Positions 1-7,596 of a stretch of DNA of 11,616 nt are shown here, piece after piece. Below the pieces are notes generated by a model, which ran no database searches, was not told the origin of the DNA, and saw nothing but the letters and a program-made list of their open reading frames with translations. Location of the stretch: contig CAWUJQ010000120.1 in assembly GCA_963922445.1 (NCBI GenBank), forward strand, positions 1 through 11,616. Reading direction: 5' to 3'. Within the stretch, counting starts at the first letter, position 1; the number at the start of each line of letters is the position of its first letter. A program made the position numbers and the translations under genes. Source of the DNA: an uncultured bacterium. GTDB taxonomy: Bacteria > Chloroflexota > Anaerolineae > Aggregatilineales > Phototrophicaceae.

Positions 1-64
1 GGACGCAGCAGGCTGCGTCCCTACAATTGGCAACGATATTCGTAGGGACGCGCAGAAGCGCGTC
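1..64. repeat. Two related GC-rich perfect hairpins. GGACGCAGC-ag-GCTGCGTCC lies at 1-20 and GGACGCGC-agaa-GCGCGTCC at 45-64, separated by a 24-nt spacer with CTAC...GTAG ends. They sit downstream of the minus-strand TPR gene
   Basis: Both inverted repeats are read directly from the sequence, and both stems are perfect. No U-tract follows on either strand, so the pair is not a canonical intrinsic terminator. The element may be truncated by the window edge. Confidence 0.35.
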
Positions 65-105
65 CGGTGGTGAACAACATGCGCTACAGGGCGTACCCGC
101 AACCC

Positions 106-2607
106 CTAGTTTGCCTGAGCGGTTGCGGTCGCGTTCTGACGCTCTTCAGCCAGCAAGTTATCCGCCCGCCGGATGCCCTCTACAGCCTCGCCTTGCAGTT
201 CCTGCGGCACCACCACCAACTGAGCCAGCGTCAGCACCCGTTCATATTCCAACAGCGCCTCAGCATAAGCCCCGCTCTCCTCAAAGATTTTGCCCCGCAC
301 CAACCGCACCCGCGCCGTCTCTTCCGCTGCCAGCGCGCTCTCAGCGTGGTTGAGCGCCACTTCCAGGTTGCCCTGCTCATAGTGAGCCTCTGCCCGCAGC
401 AAATTCGCCAACGGCTGCAACTCCGGCGGCAGCGTGCCAAAGCCGCCGTCAATCAGGTTAGCCACCTGGGAATAATCCCCGGTAGACAGGTTCTCACGCG
501 TCGCCAGGATGATGCGCGCTTCTAGCAGGCCCGCCTCGCCACCTGTGATTTCGCCCGCCTCACGCAGCGCTTCGGCCTGTTCGCGAACAGCGGTGTAATC
601 GCCCGCTTCAAACGTCAGGTACATGGCCCGCCGCAGCAAATCCCCGTCTTCGGTGATGGCAGCGGCAGCGGCCACATCTGCGGCGGCTAAAGCGTACTGG
701 CCCCGGCTTTCGTAGATGTCTGCCCGCGCCACATATGCGTCCAGGGCCAGCGGTTGAGTGGTGTTTTCACCGATCACAATCGCCTGCGTGTAGGCTTGCA
801 AGGCGAGACTGGTATTGGTTTCAAGCTCCCGCACCTGCCCTAGCATCTCCCAGCCCTCAACCACCAGTGGGTGATAGTAGAGGTACGTCTGCGCGAAGAT
901 GGACGCATCGCCCGCGTTGCCCTGAGCTAACGCAATTCGTGTGCGCAGGTCGTGCGCCTCGGCACTAATTGGATCGACGTAAAGCGCGACGAACGTCTCG
1001 TATGCGGCCTGATCGTAGTCCTCTTGCAGGAAGTAGATTTGGCCGCGCCGCACCAAAAAGCGCACGTCCTCTACCAATTCGCTGATTTCTAACACCTCGT
1101 CCAGGGCAGCGAGCGCATTGGTGTAGCGCTCCTGCAAAATCAGGCTGTCGATCAACGCGAGGCGCGGCGCAGCCCATTCTTCCTCAAACTGAATGGCTTC
1201 GTTGGCGCTCGTTTCTGCTTGACGCCAATAGCCAAGCGCGGCGTTGGTTGCGCCCCGCTGCTGCTCCTGGATGCCCAGTTCAACATACGTGAGCGCAAGC
1301 CCTGCTTGAATCACCGCCAGTGAGGTGGTGTCTTCGGCGCGGGTGCGTTCTTCACGGATTTGGTCGGCCTCTTCCAGTAGATCGAGCGCTTCTTCGGCCT
1401 CACCAATGTCGATCAACGCCAACGCCTCCGTGTAATAAGCGAGCGCGTCCACCGCGCTAAACGTCGTGGATTCCTGGTCGCGGCGGGCTTGCAGCGTCGC
1501 AATAGCCACATCAGCCTGGTTATCCTCAATCAGTTCGATGCCCCCGCGCACGGCCCGGTCTTCCAGGCCACCGGGTAAAAACACCTCTGTCGGCTCCACA
1601 AAGTTGATGTCCGGGTTACCGGGACGCAGCAAGCCAAAGACCGTGGCGGTTGGTGAAGCGGTTGGCACATTGGCATTTTCGGGCGGCGGGGTTGCAGTGG
1701 GCGAGGCCGTCGGCGTGAACCCTGGCGTATTGGTCGGCGTAGTGGGGGGCGTGGGCGTGGGCGTCAGGGTACGCACCTGGGCCACAAAGCTTTCCCCCTG
1801 GAGCAAGCCCTGGAAGAAGGGGGTGTTGTAAATGACATAACCCACCACACCCAATGGCAGCACAATAAACGTCAGGAACGCGGTGGCTGCGGCCAACCGC
1901 ACCACAACAATCTCGTTTTCGGCGGCACGGTTCTTTTCCTTTTTTACCCAGCGCACGCCCTGCGGCGGAACCGCCGGGGCGTTATAAGCCGCCACAATCG
2001 CATTCACCTCCTGAATCGCCTGCTCCAACCGCTCCTGGAAGGAGGCAGGGCGTGGTTCGGGGCGGGGCGGCTCGGTGGTGGGGGTCGCGTCCACTGGCTG
2101 AGCGGCGGCCAGCGGGTCGGCGTCATCCTCGTCTACAAGCGGCGGCGGTGGCTTGACCGTTTCTTCGGTGTAGGTCAGGTAATCCGGCGTTGATTCCTGT
2201 TCGGCTTCTTCGTCTTTTTGAAAGCTGAATAACGACCCCGCATCCGTTTGTTGGGGCGGGGCAGCGTCGGGTTCGCGCTCGGCTTCTTCTTCGGTGGCGT
2301 CGGCTGGCTCGTCTTTGGGCACCTGCTTCATCTGCGATGTTTGCAGCACTTTTTCCGGCGCATAGCCCAAATCACGGATCATCTTGACGGCCTGGGCATT
2401 TTTGGGGTCAAGTTCCAGCACTTTACGCAAGCACAGCAGCTTTTCCTTACGCGTTTCTGCAATGCTGGCGTACACCAACCAGGCCATCGTACTGGTGGGG
2501 TCTTTGCGGATGGACGCCTGAACGAGTTTACGCGCCGTTTCTAAGTCGCCTTTTTTGGTGACCTGGATGGCCTGCTTCAGGAGTTGCTGTGCGGTGGGTT
2601 CTGCCAC
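106..2607 (-). CDS. Bitopic TPR-repeat protein. It has N-terminal cytoplasmic TPR-like repeats, an acidic disordered segment, one transmembrane helix, a Pro/Thr-rich linker and a large C-terminal TPR domain
   Basis: The 833-aa ORF runs M-to-stop. Alternating acidic/aromatic TPR-like helices (AEALDLLEEA, ALAQGNAGDA, YYTEALALIDIGEAEEAL) repeat through the C-terminal ~500 aa. A hydrophobic segment AAATAFLTFIVLPLGVVGYVIY is preceded by a basic patch RWVKKEKNR, which by the positive-inside rule puts the N-terminus in the cytoplasm. The TPTPTPPTTPTNTPGFTPTASPTATPPP linker is typical of extracytoplasmic linkers. Antisense ORFs at 27-353 and 67-525 are shadows of this gene. Confidence 0.8.
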   Translation of the reverse strand: MAEPTAQQLLKQAIQVTKKGDLETARKLVQASIRKDPTSTMAWLVYASIAETRKEKLLCLRKVLELDPKNAQAVKMIRDLGYAPEKVLQTSQMKQVPKDEPADATEEEAEREPDAAPPQQTDAGSLFSFQKDEEAEQESTPDYLTYTEETVKPPPPLVDEDDADPLAAAQPVDATPTTEPPRPEPRPASFQERLEQAIQEVNAIVAAYNAPAVPPQGVRWVKKEKNRAAENEIVVVRLAAATAFLTFIVLPLGVVGYVIYNTPFFQGLLQGESFVAQVRTLTPTPTPPTTPTNTPGFTPTASPTATPPPENANVPTASPTATVFGLLRPGNPDINFVEPTEVFLPGGLEDRAVRGGIELIEDNQADVAIATLQARRDQESTTFSAVDALAYYTEALALIDIGEAEEALDLLEEADQIREERTRAEDTTSLAVIQAGLALTYVELGIQEQQRGATNAALGYWRQAETSANEAIQFEEEWAAPRLALIDSLILQERYTNALAALDEVLEISELVEDVRFLVRRGQIYFLQEDYDQAAYETFVALYVDPISAEAHDLRTRIALAQGNAGDASIFAQTYLYYHPLVVEGWEMLGQVRELETNTSLALQAYTQAIVIGENTTQPLALDAYVARADIYESRGQYALAAADVAAAAAITEDGDLLRRAMYLTFEAGDYTAVREQAEALREAGEITGGEAGLLEARIILATRENLSTGDYSQVANLIDGGFGTLPPELQPLANLLRAEAHYEQGNLEVALNHAESALAAEETARVRLVRGKIFEESGAYAEALLEYERVLTLAQLVVVPQELQGEAVEGIRRADNLLAEERQNATATAQAN

Positions 2608-2844
2608 GGCTGGTCTCTCTTTATTTGCTGCGGACGCCTGCCTATTATTGTAGCGTCAGTTGGCAGGGGTGCAAAACGCGAGAAACCCGTTGCAGGCGAC
2701 GGGTGCCCATCGCAGCTAGGGTTTGTTTGAAAAGTCTCGGACGGCATGTATGTCATCCCTACGGAACCCGCTGTTATCGCGTCCGCTGCCCAAAAACGCG
2801 GCTGGCAAAATCGTCAGATTTGTTTTCAAACACGCTGTCGTGAA

Positions 2845-3114
2845 TTAGACTACTAACATCACCAAAATCTCAGCAAAGTAAAAGCCGCCGTCTGCCTGCT
2901 GTTCACCCATCACGGCCACCTCCACCACATCCCCCTTGATGCTGGCGTCAATCACGATCCCGTCTGCATGGCCGCCGTCCGTGGCCGGGTGGGCCACGCC
3001 AGCAAAATCAATCTTCACGTGTGCCCCAGCCAGCAGAAGTTCGCCTGCGGTCGGTAGCTGGTGAACGTCGGGATCAAACAGTTCTGGCGCGATTGCAATC
3101 AAGTTCATCGCCAC
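2845..3114 (-). CDS. Small hypothetical protein (89 aa), no confident family assignment
   Basis: The ORF sits between the nucleotidase and TPR genes on the same strand. Its composition is protein-like (MAMNLIAIAPELFDPDVHQLP... GDVVEVAVMGEQ). It may be a stand-alone small beta-rich domain or a gene remnant. No signal peptide is evident. Confidence 0.35.
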   Translation of the reverse strand: MAMNLIAIAPELFDPDVHQLPTAGELLLAGAHVKIDFAGVAHPATDGGHADGIVIDASIKGDVVEVAVMGEQQADGGFYFAEILVMLVV

Positions 3115-3267
3115 GATACAGGGTGCTTTCTGGTTGTGGATTAGAGAGGCATTGTATCACGTTGGCGGCCTGTGACAGCCCAAGCAATGACGGGGATTTT
3201 AGGATGCGTGGGGGGAGTAGCACTATTGGTGGGGACGCCTTGCAGCGCCCCCAAAACAGGCAAAAGC

Positions 3268-5154
3268 CTATTCCATTTCGCCTTCGTCCAAACGGACGAC
3301 GTTCGGCTCAGCCGTTGGGTCTTCGATGTTGACCTCACCACCCAGTGCTTCGGTGATGTAGCTGATGAGAATCTCACGCTCACCGATGCCCGGGTCTTCG
3401 CTGCCGCGTACTTCAGCCGCCGCCGCCAATGCGGTATAGCCGTCACCGCCCGTCAGCAGGAAGCTGTTGGTCACGATGGTGAAGGTCTGTTCCAGGTCGC
3501 CTACAACCTCGCCCTCTTCAACCATAACCACTTCGCTGCCGTCAGCCATCGTAACGATGAGCGTGACAACACGGGTGGTTTCGGTCAGGCTCTCAGCGTC
3601 GCTCACGCCTTCAACGCTGGCGTCGTATTCCAGGTATACACCCGCCAACTGCGGGAAGCGGCCATCAGCAGCCGGAACGCGGCTTACAGCGTTTTCCATA
3701 ATCGCCAGCAGTTCGTCGCCGCTGACCTCAACCACAGCCATGCTGTTGTTGAACGCCAGAGCGGTACCAACGGTCAGCACGGTGATGTTCGGGCCGAGGA
3801 TGGTCGCACGGATACCGCCGCCGTTCTTCAGGGCGATGTCTACACCGTCTTCGAAGGTGTTGTTGGCCCACCACAGGGAGGACTCAGCAGCCAGCTTGCC
3901 CAGGTTGGTTTCACGGCCACGCACGTCAGCGCGAACGCCGTTCAGTTCGGTGGCGGTGGTGCCCACTACTTCAAGCTGTTCCATCAGCAGGTCGGTCGCA
4001 ACCAGGCCATCGTAAATGCTCTGAACATCTTCCGGTACGGCAACTTCAGCGCCGGAGAACTCTGCCAGGGCAGCGATCGCTTCTTCAGTGGAAGCAACCG
4101 GGCCGGCGGTTGCTTCATCGAAGCCAACAATCACGCCGTCAGCGTCGAATTCCACAATCACGTGGCCGATGTAGCGGTAGAGCTGCTCGGTGTTGACAAC
4201 CAAAACGGTGTTGCCGTCAGCGTCTTCCTGCACGACCGGGTAAACCTCGGTGCCGCTGTCGCCTTCGCGCAGCAGGTTGAACGGGCCGTTGGCTTCTTCA
4301 GCAGCGAAGAACCCAGTGGAACCCGCAGACACAATCACGTCAATGCCGCTCAGCGCGTCCGGGGTCAGCGGGTCACCCGTGAAGTCCTGGGCGTGGTCCA
4401 GCAGGATGATCTTGTTGATGCCCTGTTCTTCCAGCAGTGCAACCTGCTCAGCAACCTGGTCTACAGCAGAAACCAGCGGCTGGTTATCTTCAGCGTTGCG
4501 GCCACCAACAAAGTCCAGGCCAGGGATGGTTTCTTCGGGGTCTTCAATGACGTTGAAGAAGTCAGCCGGGGCGCGGCCAATCAAACCGATGCGCTCGCCA
4601 CCTACTTCAATGAAAGCGCTCTTGGCAACCTTACCCGCCAGGTCTTCGACGCTCTGGCCGTCTTCACCAATTTCGATAGCCGGGGTGCCTTCAGCCAGTT
4701 CAACCGCGCTGAAGTCCAGGTTTACAGCCAGGAACGGGTAGTCCGCAGCGGCCAGCATGGTCGCAAAGGAGTCGATACCCGCGTCGAACTCGTGGTTACC
4801 CGTGCCGTTAGCCGTCAGGCCCATTGCGTTGAAGAACGCGATGTCTGCCAGGCCAGCAGCGCCCAGGTCTTCAACCTCAGCGGAAGCCTCGAAGAACGGG
4901 TTCGGCAGCGTGTGGTCGCCAGCGGTGACGTAGATGCTGTTTGCGCCGTCGTTGGGAGCAAGGGTGCGCAAACCGCTCACGATGGCACCGTAGTTCAAGA
5001 TTTTCGGTTCCAACGTGTTCGGGTCCTGGAATGCGGACTCGTTGTCTGAGCTGTGCAGAATTTGTAGAGAGAAGCCTTCTTCTTGAGCGCTGACCGTGCT
5101 AACCAGCAGCAGCACGACGACAGCCATCAAAGTAGCCATAACGCGACGAGACAT
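3268..5154 (-). CDS. Secreted bifunctional metallophosphatase/5'-nucleotidase (UshA/5'-NT family)
   Basis: The N-terminal signal peptide is MSRRVMATLMAVVVLLLVSTVSAQEE. The calcineurin-like phosphoesterase motifs are LQILHSSDNES, YVTAGDHT and GTGNHEFD. The 5'-nucleotidase C-terminal domain motifs are NGGGIRA and VTNSFLLTGGDGY. A strong RBS is present: on the minus strand GAAAGGACACTT immediately precedes the ATG. The plus-strand 625-aa ORF 3172-5049 is an antisense shadow. Confidence 0.88.
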   Translation of the reverse strand: MSRRVMATLMAVVVLLLVSTVSAQEEGFSLQILHSSDNESAFQDPNTLEPKILNYGAIVSGLRTLAPNDGANSIYVTAGDHTLPNPFFEASAEVEDLGAAGLADIAFFNAMGLTANGTGNHEFDAGIDSFATMLAAADYPFLAVNLDFSAVELAEGTPAIEIGEDGQSVEDLAGKVAKSAFIEVGGERIGLIGRAPADFFNVIEDPEETIPGLDFVGGRNAEDNQPLVSAVDQVAEQVALLEEQGINKIILLDHAQDFTGDPLTPDALSGIDVIVSAGSTGFFAAEEANGPFNLLREGDSGTEVYPVVQEDADGNTVLVVNTEQLYRYIGHVIVEFDADGVIVGFDEATAGPVASTEEAIAALAEFSGAEVAVPEDVQSIYDGLVATDLLMEQLEVVGTTATELNGVRADVRGRETNLGKLAAESSLWWANNTFEDGVDIALKNGGGIRATILGPNITVLTVGTALAFNNSMAVVEVSGDELLAIMENAVSRVPAADGRFPQLAGVYLEYDASVEGVSDAESLTETTRVVTLIVTMADGSEVVMVEEGEVVGDLEQTFTIVTNSFLLTGGDGYTALAAAAEVRGSEDPGIGEREILISYITEALGGEVNIEDPTAEPNVVRLDEGEME

Positions 5155-5322
5155 AAGTGTCCTTTCGTAATGTGTTTGATTGAGTAGTTAGCCCCGTTTG
5201 GGGACACTCGTATTAGGACACAGCCGCATTAAGGCGATGTAAAATCGCGTTGAAATCCGTTAATCATACGCGTTAGATTTTCATCAGCGAGCAGTTATCC
5301 GTTGCCGTATGGAGGGGTACAG

Positions 5323-6108
5323 CTACACCGCAGGCCAAGGGTAATTGGGGCCGGGGCCGGGGTTCGGGTAGCGGCGGGTGCCCACAACACGATCCACACG
5401 GCGCTGAAAAGCGTCAATTTCGTAGGGTAACAGCAGCTCATCAAGCTGTTTGCGATAGTCGCTGTCGGCGTCTTGCAAGGTACCACACAGCATTTCCACA
5501 TCCTGCATAAATGGCTCCGGGATTTGCTGCCCGGCAAAGTCCCAGATGACAGTACGCAGCTTATGGTCTGCATTGAAGGTAATGCCGTGGTCAATGCCCC
5601 AAATTTGGTCGTGCGGGTCCAGCAGCAGGTGGCCGCCCTTACGGTCTGCATTGTTGACCAGTACATCAAACAGGGCCACCCGTGCCAACTGCGACGCGTA
5701 GCTGTCATCCAGCGTGAAGTAGTTCACATTGGGGTCGTGGTCAATGTAAAACTGTACCGACCCAATACCGTGAGCGCCATCGCGCAGGGCTGTTGGCGGC
5801 ACTACCCCCCACTCTAATAGCTGCGATGTGAGGAAAGCGGCACGTTCGCGGTTGCACAGCGTGCCATCGGGGAAGTCCCACAGTGGGCGTTCGCCCTTGC
5901 GCGGCTTATACACTGCCGGCACTTCCAGGTCATCCTTGCGCATGGTCACCAGGAAGGTGTAATTGGAACTGTAGCGCATCATCCCGTGCAAAGTGTCCAT
6001 CGCACCACAGTCCAGCGCATCAATCACCGTTTGAATCGTCAACTCAACCGCCGGTTGATCGTCTTCCTGTGGGGTTTGGGAATTGGGGGTTTGCGGCTCG
6101 TCTGTCAT
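5323..6108 (-). CDS. SCO1664-family protein (PI3/PI4-kinase-like fold, TIGR03843-type), third gene of the conserved cassette
   Basis: The kinase-like catalytic loop NNADRKGGHLLLD resembles the DRHxxN loop of PI3/4-kinases, and the metal-binding GIDHG resembles the DFG/IDFG loop. The ORF track starts at GTG 6120. An in-frame ATG at 6108 is preceded by GTGAGGCAGGTC, which supplies a GAGG Shine-Dalgarno at good spacing, so ATG 6108 (MTDEPQTP...) is the more likely start. It lies 80 bp downstream of the DUF3090 gene on the same strand. Confidence 0.75.
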   Translation of the reverse strand: MTDEPQTPNSQTPQEDDQPAVELTIQTVIDALDCGAMDTLHGMMRYSSNYTFLVTMRKDDLEVPAVYKPRKGERPLWDFPDGTLCNRERAAFLTSQLLEWGVVPPTALRDGAHGIGSVQFYIDHDPNVNYFTLDDSYASQLARVALFDVLVNNADRKGGHLLLDPHDQIWGIDHGITFNADHKLRTVIWDFAGQQIPEPFMQDVEMLCGTLQDADSDYRKQLDELLLPYEIDAFQRRVDRVVGTRRYPNPGPGPNYPWPAV

Positions 6109-6200
6109 GACCTGCCTCACTCACACTGGGTTACGAGTTATGTTGGTTGAGGGGCGGTCAGCATGCCCCTACAGATGACGGTTGACGGTTCGGTGTGTCG

Positions 6201-6686
6201 TTACGTCCAGTAGTATACCAGACGCCCGTTCTGCTTCGGGTCTGCCCGGCCTGCCTGCACCGTTTCGAGCGCGTGCATACTCAGGGCACGCATCTGATCG
6301 CGACTGCACCACATGCGAACCACACCGGGTTCGTCTGCTTCGGACTGAGGCACCATCTCCTGGGCCACCAGCACAATCATGCCGCGCTCTTCATCGTAGC
6401 CGATGCCCATCTGCGCCACGCGGAAAACCGGGCGGATCGGTTCGCGCAAGTCCATGTCCAGGTCGTTGATGTCGAAGGCGTTGAACTCAAATGATTCTTT
6501 GTCCAAGTCGTCAATCAGGTCGGTAATGGCTTCGCTGAGCGCCCACGCTTGTTCTTTTTCAATCACAAGCGAGACCAACTGCGTGCCCTGCCCCGCCTGC
6601 AAGTGGAACACCCGCTGCCCCTTAGGGCCAATGGTGCCAATGGTGACGAAGTCTACCGGGTTTAGTTCGATTTCTACTTTTGACAT
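6201..6686 (-). CDS. DUF3090-family protein (TIGR03847-type conserved hypothetical), middle gene of the cassette
   Basis: This is a 161-aa acidic protein. Its N-terminus, FVTIGTIGPKGQRVFHLQAGQGTQLVSLVIEKEQ, matches the characteristic DUF3090 signature (FxAGxxGxPGxRxFxLQA...V.LEKQQ) from memory. Near the C-terminus there is a single Cys (VVRMWCSRDQ). An excellent RBS is present: on the minus strand AAGGAGGGCGAACG immediately precedes the ATG. Confidence 0.7.
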   Translation of the reverse strand: MSKVEIELNPVDFVTIGTIGPKGQRVFHLQAGQGTQLVSLVIEKEQAWALSEAITDLIDDLDKESFEFNAFDINDLDMDLREPIRPVFRVAQMGIGYDEERGMIVLVAQEMVPQSEADEPGVVRMWCSRDQMRALSMHALETVQAGRADPKQNGRLVYYWT

Positions 6687-6737
6687 GCGTTCGCCCTCCT
6701 TACTAGCGGAAGTTGTCGATGAATCGGTGGAGTCCGT

Positions 6738-7391
6738 TTATGAGGTTTTGCCATTTTGTTCGGCTTTTTTTCGTTCTGTTTCCAGCGCTTGCACATGAGC
6801 GGTGTCGTTAACCGTGGTGATGAATGGGCGGCTGTGCCCCAGTTGAATGCCCGTGATGGACGCGGGTGAGATCACAATCCGCTGGAACACGTCCAGGTGC
6901 ATGCCCAGGTAGTGGGCCACCACCATCTTAATCAGGTCGGCATGGCTAAAGATGGCAATCGTGTGGGTCGGGTATTCCCGCGCCAACCGCTCGATTTCGT
7001 TTACCGCCCGCACCTGCACATTGCGCATGGTTTCGCCATTGGGGAAGTACGCCCGTGTGGGGTATTCCTGGATGACGCTCCACATTTTGCGCCCGCGCAA
7101 GCTGGAAATACTGGCCCCTTGCCAGTCGCCGTAGTCCACCTCGCCAATTTCGTCGTTCGTCTGGATTTGCAGGTGGGGATGGTATTGGGCTACAGCCTGT
7201 GCTGTTTCCTGCGTGCGGTCTAGCGGGCTAGAGATGATCTGGTGCAGTTTGCTATCGGCAAGGCGTTTGCCAAGGGCTTCGGCCTGTGCCTTGCCGTCGT
7301 CGTTCAAGTGGACGCCGGGCGTGCGGCCAGCGAGTTTGCCAGTTTTCACAAAATCGTTGACGGCGTGCCGGATAAGTAGGATGTGGGTCAT
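6738..7391 (-). CDS. Histidine phosphatase superfamily protein (phosphoglycerate-mutase-like; MSMEG_4193-type putative phosphomutase), first gene of the cassette
   Basis: The catalytic RHG-type motif is LLIRHAVND. The conserved SSPLDRTQETAQ motif is present. The second catalytic His sits in IAIFSHADLI. The length of 217 aa is typical for the family. Confidence 0.8.
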   Translation of the reverse strand: MTHILLIRHAVNDFVKTGKLAGRTPGVHLNDDGKAQAEALGKRLADSKLHQIISSPLDRTQETAQAVAQYHPHLQIQTNDEIGEVDYGDWQGASISSLRGRKMWSVIQEYPTRAYFPNGETMRNVQVRAVNEIERLAREYPTHTIAIFSHADLIKMVVAHYLGMHLDVFQRIVISPASITGIQLGHSRPFITTVNDTAHVQALETERKKAEQNGKTS

Positions 7392-7596
7392 AACTGCCGT
7401 TCTGGTGTGGGTCGCTGATAGATAGTGATATTGATCGGAGTGATTTGTGCGTAATTGCCAGCATCATATCACAAACACGGGGGCATTTCATTAAAGCTGC
7501 GTGCATTCTATAGAAACGCCTACGGAGTGGACTTGTGCGGATGTCATGGCCCGGTTCGCTATACAATGACACCAGTGTCGTTCAAAGGGGATGCTT
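7392..7596. promoter_or_regulatory. Divergent intergenic region between the phosphatase cassette (minus) and the paralog array (plus). It contains short direct and inverted repeats and a TATACAAT -10-like box
   Basis: AGTGAT occurs twice as a direct repeat (7424-7429 and 7439-7444). GTGATAT (7426-7432) forms an inverted repeat with ATATCAC (7466-7472). A TATACAAT box lies at 7560-7567. GACAC-ca-GTGTC (7569-7580) sits just upstream of the AAAGGGG RBS. No well-spaced -35 was found, so the promoter call is weak. Confidence 0.25.

Noticed and set aside
27-525. Plus-strand ORFs 27-353 and 67-525 (Pro/Ala/Arg-rich), and ORFs 1466-1831 and 2248-2544
   Set aside because: They are antisense to the TPR gene. 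Their translations are low-complexity (PAPTAPAP, VGVGVRV), which reflects reverse-frame reading of GC-rich codons. There is no RBS and no domain signature.
2629-2780. GCGGACGC (2629-2636) and its complement GCGTCCGC (2773-2780) flank the TPR-upstream intergenic region
   Set aside because: An 8-bp complementary pair separated by ~140 nt in GC-rich DNA is well within chance expectation. No supporting secondary-structure context is present.
3241-3267. Hairpin GGGGACGC-cttgca-GCGCCCC just past the nucleotidase stop, considered as a terminator
   Set aside because: The T-run lies 5' of the stem on the coding (minus) strand, not 3' of it, and no U-tract follows on either strand. I could not support an intrinsic-terminator call.
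3172-5049. 625-aa plus-strand ORF, plus nested ORFs at 3467-4015 and 4250-4741
   Set aside because: These are exact antisense overlaps of the well-supported 5'-nucleotidase gene. The translations are dominated by V/A/G/R and carry no motifs. This is the typical GC-rich shadow ORF pattern in which a stop-poor reverse frame stays open.
5473-7223. Plus-strand ORFs 5473-5817, 5883-6110, 6182-6494, 6403-6798, 6897-7223 and 6952-7134
   Set aside because: All are antisense to the three cassette genes, which have clear catalytic motifs and good RBSs. None of these ORFs has recognisable features.
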